A stretch of DNA of 64,000 nucleotides. It comes from an uncultured Pelagibacteraceae bacterium (GTDB lineage Bacteria > Pseudomonadota > Alphaproteobacteria > Pelagibacterales > Pelagibacteraceae). The stretch covers positions 18,380-82,379 of the forward strand of contig CACFXK010000002.1 in the NCBI GenBank assembly GCA_902570125.1, written 5' to 3'. Within the stretch, counting starts at the first letter, position 1. Each line of letters opens with the position of its first letter. The translations under genes were made by a program, and so were the position numbers. The notes under the pieces are model-generated. The model did not search any database. It was not told the DNA's origin and saw only the letters and a list, made by a program, of their open reading frames with translations. Shown piece by piece: positions 47,834 through 56,510 of the stretch.

Positions 47834-48583
47834 ATGATCAATTTTGACTTAAAAAATAGAGTTGCAGTTGTTACAGGTGGAGCGCAAGGTTTTGGTTTAG
47901 CTATTACAGAGAGATTTATTGCTTCAGGAGCGAGCGTAGTAATTTGGGATATTGATGAAGAAGCGATTAAATCAGCTATTAACAAAATTAATTCTGATAA
48001 GGTCTCATATCAAACAGTTGATGTTGGAAATTATGAAAGTATCTTAAAAAATTTAGCTGATGTTGAAAAAACTCACAAAAAAATCGATATTTTTATTAAT
48101 AATGCGGGAGTTGCAGGAAAAAATACTACAGTAGTTGATTATCCAATTGATGAATGGAAAAAGGTAATAGATTTAAATTTAAATGCAGTATTTTATTGTT
48201 GTAAAGCAGTTACCCCCTACATGATAAAGAATAATTATGGAAGAATTGTAAATATTGCATCAATCGCAGGAAAAGAAGGCAATCCTAACGCTAGTGCTTA
48301 CAGCACCTCTAAAGCAGGAGTAATAGGTTTAACAAAGTCATTGGGAAAAGAATTAGCATTAAAAAATATTGCAGTTAATTGTGTTACTCCAGCAGCAGCA
48401 AAAACAAGAATATTTGATCAAATGACCGAAGAACATATAAATTATATGTTATCTAAAATTCCTAGAAATAAATTTGCAAAAGTTAATGAATTAGCATCCC
48501 TTGTGACTTGGTTATCAAGTGAAGAAAATTCTTTTTCAACAGCTGCTGTTTTTGATTTGAGTGGTGGAAGAGCAACTTATTGA
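47834..48583 (+). CDS. NAD-dependent SDR, resembling 2-keto-3-deoxy-L-rhamnonate 4-dehydrogenase (LRA5 type)
   Basis: TGGAQGFG, NNAG, ASIAGKEGNPNASAYSTSK, C-terminus FDLSGGRATY. Confidence 0.7.
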   Translation: MINFDLKNRVAVVTGGAQGFGLAITERFIASGASVVIWDIDEEAIKSAINKINSDKVSYQTVDVGNYESILKNLADVEKTHKKIDIFINNAGVAGKNTTVVDYPIDEWKKVIDLNLNAVFYCCKAVTPYMIKNNYGRIVNIASIAGKEGNPNASAYSTSKAGVIGLTKSLGKELALKNIAVNCVTPAAAKTRIFDQMTEEHINYMLSKIPRNKFAKVNELASLVTWLSSEENSFSTAAVFDLSGGRATY

Positions 48584-48586
48584 TTT

Positions 48587-49489
48587 ATGCAAATAGGTGT
48601 TGATGTTGGAGCTACAAAAATAGAAAGTGTAGTTTTAGATGAAAAAGGGAACGAAAGTCATCGTGAAAGGACTGATTGTCCAAAAGACTATTTTCAAATT
48701 ATAAAAACAATTAAAGAAATTAACAAAATGTTAGAAAAAGAATTTAAAAAAGAACTACCCATTGGTGTTTGTCATCCTGGCATTCATTCACCTCAAACTG
48801 GATTAGTTAAGAATGCTCCAAACTGTTATTGGTTAGAAAAAAAACCATTTCAAAATGATCTAAGAAAAGAATTAGGCAAAGAGGTATTTTGTGAAAATGA
48901 TGCCAATTGCTTTGCTTTGTCTGAAGCTTTAGATGGAGCAGGAAAACATTATAAAATTGTTTATGGAATTATTATTGGCTCTGGTGTAGGCGGTGGTTTA
49001 GTAATAGATAAAAAAATTGTTAGTGGACCAAATGGGGTAGCAGGTGAATGGGGACATAATCAAATTAACCATTTAATTTCCAAAAAAGAAAATTTCGAGT
49101 CTACCAATCTAAGAGAGGGTGAGATTGAGAGTTTTATGTCAGGCTTAAGTTTAGCAAAAAAATTTAATAAAAAATTCAAAAAGAATATAAAGACGAATGA
49201 AATTTTTGATTTATATAGAAAGCATGATTTAGATGCTGAAAATTTAATAGATAATTTTAAAGTAAATTTAGCAATGTCCTTATCAAATATAATTAACATT
49301 CTTGATCCCGATTGTTTCGTTTTTGGCGGGGGTGTTTCAAATGAAATTGATTTTTTAAGTGAAATTGAAACTATCGTTAGAAAATTTGTAACAGGCAGAG
49401 AGTATGATGGTGTTTTTCTTAAACCAAAGTACGGAGATGCTAGTGGCGTAAGAGGTGCTGCAAGATTAGGGAGAAAATCAATCTATTAA
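48587..49489 (+). CDS. ROK family sugar kinase (no HTH)
   Basis: GVDVGATK, ENDANCFALSE, IIGSGVGGG, GEWGH, GGGVS, GDASGVRGAA. Confidence 0.88.
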   Translation: MQIGVDVGATKIESVVLDEKGNESHRERTDCPKDYFQIIKTIKEINKMLEKEFKKELPIGVCHPGIHSPQTGLVKNAPNCYWLEKKPFQNDLRKELGKEVFCENDANCFALSEALDGAGKHYKIVYGIIIGSGVGGGLVIDKKIVSGPNGVAGEWGHNQINHLISKKENFESTNLREGEIESFMSGLSLAKKFNKKFKKNIKTNEIFDLYRKHDLDAENLIDNFKVNLAMSLSNIINILDPDCFVFGGGVSNEIDFLSEIETIVRKFVTGREYDGVFLKPKYGDASGVRGAARLGRKSIY

Positions 49490-49599
49490 TATTACAAATC
49501 AATTATTGGTTGTATTTTTTTTTCTTGTAGTCTTTTAATAAATCAATCTATAATTGTTTTTTTTAAGTTAACTTAATTTAACAAATAAGAGGGAAATAT

Positions 49600-50856
49600 A
49601 TGAAAAAAATGCTAATTGCTTTAATTGCGTTTGCATTCACTTCTACATCTTCTTTTGCAGGACCAAAAATTGAGGTTTTGCACTGGTGGACATCAGGTGG
49701 TGAAGCAGCTGCACTTAAAGTATTAAAAGATGATTTCGCTGCAAACGGTGGTGAATGGTTAGACATGCCTGTAACAGGTGGTGGTGGAGACGCTGCTAAC
49801 GTTGCACTTAAAGCAAGAATAGTTGCAGGAGATCCTCCTTCAGCTTCTCAAATTAAAGGTCCAACAATTCAAGAATATGATCAAGAAGGAGTAGTTGCTC
49901 CATACAACATTGATCCTATTGCTCAATCAGAGGGTTGGGATGGATTATTAGATCCTATGATTGCTGCAGTTCACAAATGTCAGAATAACAGTGGTCCATA
50001 TTGTGCGGCTCCAGTAAACATACATAGAATTGATTGGATGTGGGCTAACAAAGCAGTATTTGATTCTAATGGAATTTCAGTTCCTACATCTTGGGATGAA
50101 TTAAATGCAGCAGCAGAAAAACTTCAAGCTGCAGGTATCATTCCTTTTGCACATGGCGGTCAAGCTTGGCAAGACGCAACAGTCTTCGAAGCAGTAGCTA
50201 TGGGTATTGGTGGAAATAATTATTACAAAAACTGTTATGTAGATCTTAAAGAAACTTGTTTAAGAAGTGAGACAACTGTAAAAGTTTTTGATCAAATGAG
50301 AAAACTTCAAGGTTTCACTGATGAAGGTAGCCCAGGAAGAGATTGGAACGTTGCTACTGGAATGGTTATTGAAGGAAAAGCCGGTTTCCAAATTATGGGT
50401 GACTGGGCAAAAGGTGAATTTACTGCTGCTGGAAAAGTACCAGGTGTAGATTACTATTGTGCTGCAACTCCATCTAATAATGGATACTTGTACAATGTAG
50501 ATAGCTTTATATTCTACAAAACAAGTGACCCAGATAAACAAGAAGGTCAAAAATTATTAGCTAAATTAATGATGGGTAAAAACTTCCAAAAAGTTTTCAA
50601 CTTATACAAAGGATCAATTCCAGCACGTTTAGATGTACCAATGGATGAATTTGATAAATGTGCAAAAACATCAAACTCTGACATCAAAACCGCAGGAGCA
50701 AGTGGTGGATTAGTTCCAAGTTTTGCTCATGGAATGGCTCAAGGTAATACTATGAAAGCTGCTTTACAAGATGTGATTACAGAACACTTTAATTCTGACA
50801 TGTCTTCAGTTGATGCAGCAAATGCTTTGGCTGATTCAGTATTAGATAATATGTAA
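49600..50856 (+). CDS. Glucose-type (GtsA-like) ABC transporter substrate-binding protein
   Basis: Signal peptide; EVLHWWTSGGE, GGGG, PVNIHR, GGQAWQ, QIMGDWAKGEF, PSFAHGMA. Confidence 0.9.
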   Translation: MKKMLIALIAFAFTSTSSFAGPKIEVLHWWTSGGEAAALKVLKDDFAANGGEWLDMPVTGGGGDAANVALKARIVAGDPPSASQIKGPTIQEYDQEGVVAPYNIDPIAQSEGWDGLLDPMIAAVHKCQNNSGPYCAAPVNIHRIDWMWANKAVFDSNGISVPTSWDELNAAAEKLQAAGIIPFAHGGQAWQDATVFEAVAMGIGGNNYYKNCYVDLKETCLRSETTVKVFDQMRKLQGFTDEGSPGRDWNVATGMVIEGKAGFQIMGDWAKGEFTAAGKVPGVDYYCAATPSNNGYLYNVDSFIFYKTSDPDKQEGQKLLAKLMMGKNFQKVFNLYKGSIPARLDVPMDEFDKCAKTSNSDIKTAGASGGLVPSFAHGMAQGNTMKAALQDVITEHFNSDMSSVDAANALADSVLDNM

Positions 50857-50868
50857 AATACAAAAATT

Positions 50869-50902
50869 AAGGCCACCTAATTTTTAGGTGGCCTTTTTTT
50901 TT
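50869..50902 (+). terminator. Rho-independent terminator/attenuator after SBP gene
   Basis: AAGGCCACCTA-atttt-TAGGTGGCCTT followed by a T run. Confidence 0.88.
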
Positions 50903-50926
50903 AATCAAAATTAGAAAATATTTATA

Positions 50927-51802
50927 ATGCTGAAGTGGCTAGAAAAAAACCTACCTAAAATCGTAATGGCTCCAGCTGTTGGATTAATTGGTTGGTTTGT
51001 CTATGGTTTTGTACTTTGGACCTTATATATATCTTTTACAAATTCTAAAATCTTGCCCAAGTATGAACTATGGGGAGTAGGTCAATATGTTAAACTTTGG
51101 GGTTCTAGAAAATGGCTTATTGCAGTTGATAATCTTCTTATTTTCACGGCTTTATTCTTAATTTTTTGTGTTGTGATTGGAATTATTCTTGCAATATTTC
51201 TAGATCAAAAAATTAGGGCAGAAGGTGTCCTTAGAACTATTTACTTATATCCCATGGCTTTGTCTTTCATAGTCACTGGAACAGCATGGAAATGGATTTT
51301 AAACCCAACCCTTGGTATCCAAAAAATGTTTATCGATTGGGGATTTGAAAACTTTACATTCGATTGGTTGGTCAATCGAGAAATGGCCATCTACACCATT
51401 GTCATTGCAGGTGTTTGGCAATCTGCAGGATTTGTAATGGCATTATTTCTAGCTGGGTTGAGATCAGTTGAAGATGAAATCGTTAAAGCAGCCAAAATAG
51501 ATGGCGCAAATTTATTTACAGTTTATTGGAAAATTCTACTACCAATGATGAGACCAGTTTTTTTTACAAGTTTTGTAATTTTGGTTCATATATCAATTAA
51601 AAGTTATGATCTTATTGTTGCATTAACCCAGGGTGGCCCAGGCATATCTACAACTATGCCTGCATTATATATGACACAAACTGCATTTCACAAAAGTCAA
51701 GTTGGTTTGTCAGCAGCGAGTGCGATGATGATGTTTATGGCAGTAGCAGCCGTGATTATACCTTATTTATATTCTGAATTGAGGAGAGAAAATGCAAGAT
51801 AA
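50927..51802 (+). CDS. Carbohydrate ABC transporter permease (GtsB-like)
   Basis: YPMALSFIVTG, EAA-like loop IVKAAKIDGA. Confidence 0.92.
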   Translation: MLKWLEKNLPKIVMAPAVGLIGWFVYGFVLWTLYISFTNSKILPKYELWGVGQYVKLWGSRKWLIAVDNLLIFTALFLIFCVVIGIILAIFLDQKIRAEGVLRTIYLYPMALSFIVTGTAWKWILNPTLGIQKMFIDWGFENFTFDWLVNREMAIYTIVIAGVWQSAGFVMALFLAGLRSVEDEIVKAAKIDGANLFTVYWKILLPMMRPVFFTSFVILVHISIKSYDLIVALTQGGPGISTTMPALYMTQTAFHKSQVGLSAASAMMMFMAVAAVIIPYLYSELRRENAR

Positions 51803-52694
51803 AACACACTCTTCATATAAACAGCTTGAACAAAAATCTAAATATACAAATATGTTTTTGAGATGGTTTTTATATTTTGTTTTAGTAATTTTTGCTTTGT
51901 ATTTTATTTTTCCCTTGTATGTAATGGTTGTTACTTCATTAAAAACTATGGAAGAAATCCGTCAAGGAACACTTCTAACTTGGCCAAGTGGATTAAATTT
52001 TGACTCATGGTTAGTTGCATGGGGTGGAAGAGGATATGGTGCAGGTGATACTTTCTTAAAACCATATTTTTGGAATTCAATTAAAATGGTTGTTCCAGCA
52101 GTATTTTTTTCTACTTTTATTGGTGCGATGGCTGGATATGTTTTAACAAAATGGAGGTTTAAGGGAGATAAATGGGTTTTCCTTTTCTTATTATTTGGTT
52201 GTTTTATTCCTTATCAAGCTATCTTATTACCCATGGCTAGAACTCTTGGAGTTCTAGGAATATCAAATTCTGTAATTGGACTTGTTTTGGTTCATACAGT
52301 TTATGGAATTCCCTTTACAACTTTATTTTTTAGAAATTTTTATGTTTCTATTCCTTCTGAATTAGTAAAAGCTGCTAGAATAGATGGAGCAGGATTTTTT
52401 AAAATATTTTTTAAAATTTTACTTCCAGTATCAACTCCAATCATAGTAGTTACAATAATCTGGCAATTCACACAAATTTGGAACGACTTTTTGTTTGGCT
52501 CAACATTTTCATTTGGAGAGGCAGCTCCAATACAAGTTGCTTTAAACAATATGGTTTTATCAAGTACTAGTGTTAAAGAATACAATGTAGATATGGCGTC
52601 TGCTATTATTGCAGGAATTCCAACACTTATTGTATATGTTCTAGCAGGTAAATATTTTATTAGAGGATTAACTTCAGGAGCAGTAAAAGGATAG
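51792..52694 (+). CDS. Carbohydrate ABC transporter permease (GtsC-like)
   Basis: IPSELVKAARIDGA, WNDFLF, FIRGLTSGAVKG. Confidence 0.92.
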   Translation: MQDKTHSSYKQLEQKSKYTNMFLRWFLYFVLVIFALYFIFPLYVMVVTSLKTMEEIRQGTLLTWPSGLNFDSWLVAWGGRGYGAGDTFLKPYFWNSIKMVVPAVFFSTFIGAMAGYVLTKWRFKGDKWVFLFLLFGCFIPYQAILLPMARTLGVLGISNSVIGLVLVHTVYGIPFTTLFFRNFYVSIPSELVKAARIDGAGFFKIFFKILLPVSTPIIVVTIIWQFTQIWNDFLFGSTFSFGEAAPIQVALNNMVLSSTSVKEYNVDMASAIIAGIPTLIVYVLAGKYFIRGLTSGAVKG

Positions 52695-52696
52695 GG

Positions 52697-53791
52697 ATGA
52701 AAACATTAAAAATAGAGGAATTATCAAAAAACTTTGGATCAACTGAGGTTTTAAGGAAAATTAATTTAGAGATAGATGAAGGTAATTTCTTAGTTCTTTT
52801 AGGTCCTTCTGGATGTGGAAAATCAACCTTGTTGAACATTATTGCAGGATTAGAAACTATTAATGAAGGAAATGTTCACATAGATGATTACAATGTAAGT
52901 AAAGTAGAGCCAAAAGATCGAAATATCGCAATGGTATTCCAATCTTATGCTTTGTACCCATCTATGAATGTACGTGAAAATATGATCTTTGGTCTTAAAC
53001 AAGCTAAAGTTTCAAAGGAGAAAATCGAAGAGCAATTGGAAAAAGTATCAAAATTTTTACAAGTAGATGCTTTGTTAGAGAGAAAGCCATCACAATTATC
53101 TGGCGGACAAAGACAGCGTGTTGCAATAGGAAGAGCTTTAGTGAGAGAACCAAGAATATTTTTATTTGATGAACCTTTATCAAATTTAGATGCAAAGTTA
53201 AGAGTTGAGATGAGACGAGAAATTAAAAAACTTCATCAGCAACTTAAAACAACAGTAGTTTACGTAACGCACGATCAAACAGAGGCTATGAGTTTAGGTA
53301 CAAATATTGCAATTATGAATCATGGTGTTATTCAGCAAAATGATACACCTGAAAATATTTATAATAAACCTAGTAATACTTTTGTGGCAGACTTTATAGG
53401 CTCTCCATCAATGAATTTAATAAAAGGCAATCTAAAAGAGAGTTCAAATAAAGTTTCATTCGTTACCCATGGATCAAATATTGAAATTCCAATAAATGGA
53501 TATGATTTCAAAGAAAAGTCTAATTTAGATAATAAAGAGGTTTTTTTTGGAATAAGACCAGAACATATATTTTTTAAAAAATCTAATGAAGAGGATTTTG
53601 AGATTAATTTAAGAGCAGATTTAAGTGAATATATTGGACATGAACAGATAATGACCTTTAATTTTGAAAATCAAGAGGTGTTAGCGAAATTTCCATCAAC
53701 AGTAAAAATAGATCTATCAAAAAATACAAAATTATTCTTTGATTTAACTCAAATTTCATTGTTTGATGCTAAAACTGAGGAGAGAATTTAA
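52697..53791 (+). CDS. Carbohydrate ABC transporter ATP-binding protein (MalK/GtsD-like)
   Basis: GPSGCGKST, VFQSYALYP, LSGGQRQRVA, FDEPLSNLDAKLR. Confidence 0.95.
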   Translation: MKTLKIEELSKNFGSTEVLRKINLEIDEGNFLVLLGPSGCGKSTLLNIIAGLETINEGNVHIDDYNVSKVEPKDRNIAMVFQSYALYPSMNVRENMIFGLKQAKVSKEKIEEQLEKVSKFLQVDALLERKPSQLSGGQRQRVAIGRALVREPRIFLFDEPLSNLDAKLRVEMRREIKKLHQQLKTTVVYVTHDQTEAMSLGTNIAIMNHGVIQQNDTPENIYNKPSNTFVADFIGSPSMNLIKGNLKESSNKVSFVTHGSNIEIPINGYDFKEKSNLDNKEVFFGIRPEHIFFKKSNEEDFEINLRADLSEYIGHEQIMTFNFENQEVLAKFPSTVKIDLSKNTKLFFDLTQISLFDAKTEERI

Positions 53792-54553
53792 ATGAAAGTA
53801 AAATATTTTGACTTAAAAAATAAAAAAGTTTTTATTACTGGAGGTGGCTCAGGTATTGGAGCTTCAATTGTTGAACATTTTTGTGAACAGGAATGTGATG
53901 TTTATTTTGTTGATATCAATAAGAAAGACTCAAATAAATTAATTAAAGATCTTAAAAAAAAAGGTCTTAAAGTACCTCATTTTATTGAATGTAATCTTAT
54001 TAAAATTAAAAAATTACAAACTATCATTCAAAAAATAATTAAATCAAAAGGTCCTATCGATATTTTAATAAATAATGCAGCTAATGATGACAGGCACTCC
54101 ACAGATCAAGTAGATGAAAAATATTGGAACAACAGAATGGATGTGAATTTAAAACATTTTTTCTTTACAATTAAAGCAGTTTTAAAAGGAATGATTAAAA
54201 ATAAAGGTGGAGCTATCGTAAATTTAAGTTCAGTTTCATGGATGTTAGGAGAGGGTGATAAAGTTGCTTACGAGACAGCAAAGTCTGCTGTTATTGGTCT
54301 GACTAGATCATTTGCTAGAGAATTTGGTAAATATAATATTAGATGTAACTCAGTTACTCCTGGATCAATTGCTACTGAGAGACAAATAAAGCATTGGCTT
54401 ACTCCAAAGTATAAAAAATTTATTATTGATAAACAGTGCTTGAAGAGGCAGCTTAAACCTGATGATGTGGCAAGTTTAGTTGTTCATCTTTCATCTGATG
54501 TATCGTCAGGATGTACGAAACAGAACTTTATTATAGACGCTGGTATAACTTAA
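53792..54553 (+). CDS. SDR aldose 1-dehydrogenase (Caulobacter XylB D-xylose dehydrogenase-like)
   Basis: TGGGSGIG, NNAANDDRH, YW..RM.VNLKH, AYETAK, TERQ...W. Confidence 0.78.
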   Translation: MKVKYFDLKNKKVFITGGGSGIGASIVEHFCEQECDVYFVDINKKDSNKLIKDLKKKGLKVPHFIECNLIKIKKLQTIIQKIIKSKGPIDILINNAANDDRHSTDQVDEKYWNNRMDVNLKHFFFTIKAVLKGMIKNKGGAIVNLSSVSWMLGEGDKVAYETAKSAVIGLTRSFAREFGKYNIRCNSVTPGSIATERQIKHWLTPKYKKFIIDKQCLKRQLKPDDVASLVVHLSSDVSSGCTKQNFIIDAGIT

Positions 54554-54564
54554 AACTTATATAA

Positions 54565-55605
54565 GTGTCTAAGAAAATTAAAATATCTGTTGTTGGAATA
54601 GGTTTAATGGGACTGCAACATATTAAAGCTATTCAAAAATCAAAATTAGCATCTCTTCACTCAATTGTTGAAATAAAAAAAACTGGAATAGAATTATCTA
54701 AAAAATTCAATGTACCACTTTATAAAAATATCAAAATTTTATTAGCAAAAGATAAACCCGATGCAGTAATAATTGCAACACCCAATGCTCTTCATGAAAG
54801 TGATACTGTTCGATTTTTGAAATATAAAATTCCTGTATTATTAGAGAAGCCGATTTCAGATAATATTAAATCTGCAAAAAAAATTATTAATAGTGCACAC
54901 TCAAATAAAACTTCATTACTGATAGGATATCATAGACGCCATAATGCCATTGTTAATAATGTTAAAAAAATAATAGAAAATAAAAAACTTGGAAAAATTG
55001 TATCTGCAAATATTTTATGCTGGCTATATAAACATAAAAAATATTTTAATGAAAAATGGAGAGTAAGAAAAGGCGGTGGCCCATTAGGTATTAATTTAGT
55101 TCATGATATTGATATGATTTGTTATTTACTTGGTCCTGTTAAGTATGTTCAGGCATTTAAATCAAATAATATTAGGAAATATAAGGTTGAGGATACAGCT
55201 TCAATTAATTTATTTTTTAAATCTGGAACTTTATGTACTCTAAATGTATCTGATACTATAACTTCACCATGGAGCTATGAATTAACAGCTGGAGAAAATC
55301 CTGCTTATCCAATAACTGACCAATCTTCATATTTTATTGGAGGAACAAGAGGCTCTGTTCAATTTCCAAATTTAAAGTTATGGTACTATAAAAAAGAAAG
55401 AAGTTGGTGGAATAATATTTTTAATAGTAAAATTAAAGTTCAAAAAAGTAATGAAACTTTAATTAATCAGATCGATCACTTTTCTAGAGTAGTTTTAAAA
55501 AAAGAAAAACCAAAAGTGACTGGTAAGGATGGTTTAAATTCTTTAATAATTTTTGATGCAATAAACAAAAGCTCTAAATCAGGCAAAAAAATAAGAATTA
55601 GTTAA
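54565..55605 (+). CDS. Gfo/Idh/MocA oxidoreductase
   Basis: GTG start; GIGLMG, ATPN, LEKP, GYHRRH, GGGP..INLVHDID, PWSYELTAGENP. Confidence 0.88.
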   Translation: MSKKIKISVVGIGLMGLQHIKAIQKSKLASLHSIVEIKKTGIELSKKFNVPLYKNIKILLAKDKPDAVIIATPNALHESDTVRFLKYKIPVLLEKPISDNIKSAKKIINSAHSNKTSLLIGYHRRHNAIVNNVKKIIENKKLGKIVSANILCWLYKHKKYFNEKWRVRKGGGPLGINLVHDIDMICYLLGPVKYVQAFKSNNIRKYKVEDTASINLFFKSGTLCTLNVSDTITSPWSYELTAGENPAYPITDQSSYFIGGTRGSVQFPNLKLWYYKKERSWWNNIFNSKIKVQKSNETLINQIDHFSRVVLKKEKPKVTGKDGLNSLIIFDAINKSSKSGKKIRIS

Positions 55606-56482
55606 TTTTTTTAACCTTCTTTGTACCCTCAACTCTAATAAACAAAACTCCAAAAATGATAATTCCAATAAGACCAACTATTTTACTTATATCTGCTGGA
55701 ACCCCAAAAATTAAAAAATTAATTATTGTTGACCAAAGCAACTGAGAATACTGAAAATTAGTTACAAATGACAAATTAGATAATTGAATTGCATAAATAA
55801 TTATAAAATGACTTATAAAACCAAAAATTCCCATTGCAACTAAACCAATCCAATAAATATTATTTTCAATTGGTACCCAATTGAATGAAATATAAATTGT
55901 AAATATCAAAGCTCCAGTAACTGCCGTATAAAAAACTGCTGAGAAAGGTTCATTGTTTCCTGAAATAAGCTTTGTAAAAAATTGGTAAAGTGCCCAACAT
56001 AATGGTGGCACAATAGGAAAGATTAATTCTGGGGATAATACTTTCATACTGGGTCCTAGAGCATAAATAATTGATCCAAAACTTAGCAACATCAAAATTA
56101 TACCTTTAGGAGACAATATATCTTTTAAAAAATATGCTGATAAAAGTGAAACAATTAATGGAGCGCTAAAAAAAACTACGTATATGTCAACCAAGTCAAA
56201 TCTTTGTAATGAGTTAAACATAAAGAAAGTTGCAGTAACCATTAATAATGACCTAATAATTTGAATTTTAAAATTTCTAGTTAAGTTTAGTTTTGGTTTA
56301 AAGACTACAAAATAGACACAAAGAGCGACAAAGTGAAAAAAAAATCTTCCCCACACGGCTTGTGTAACTGGCATAACATTTCCTAAATATTTTGCAGTTG
56401 AGTCCATACAAACAAATAAAAAAAACCCTGAAGCTGATAGAAAAACAACCTTAATTAAAGAGGTTTTTTGATTTTTTGACAT
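55598..56482 (-). CDS. DMT/EamA family transporter
   Basis: About 10 TM segments; MDSTAKYL, IIRSLL, F.APL, FQYSQLLW. Confidence 0.85.
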   Translation of the reverse strand: MSKNQKTSLIKVVFLSASGFFLFVCMDSTAKYLGNVMPVTQAVWGRFFFHFVALCVYFVVFKPKLNLTRNFKIQIIRSLLMVTATFFMFNSLQRFDLVDIYVVFFSAPLIVSLLSAYFLKDILSPKGIILMLLSFGSIIYALGPSMKVLSPELIFPIVPPLCWALYQFFTKLISGNNEPFSAVFYTAVTGALIFTIYISFNWVPIENNIYWIGLVAMGIFGFISHFIIIYAIQLSNLSFVTNFQYSQLLWSTIINFLIFGVPADISKIVGLIGIIIFGVLFIRVEGTKKVKKIN

Positions 56483-56510
56483 GATAATTTATGAAAAATT
56501 TATCAAAAAG

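Noticed and set aside
48587-49489. ROK repressor regulating the island
   Set aside because: It starts directly with the ATP-binding GVDVGATK motif and has no N-terminal HTH.
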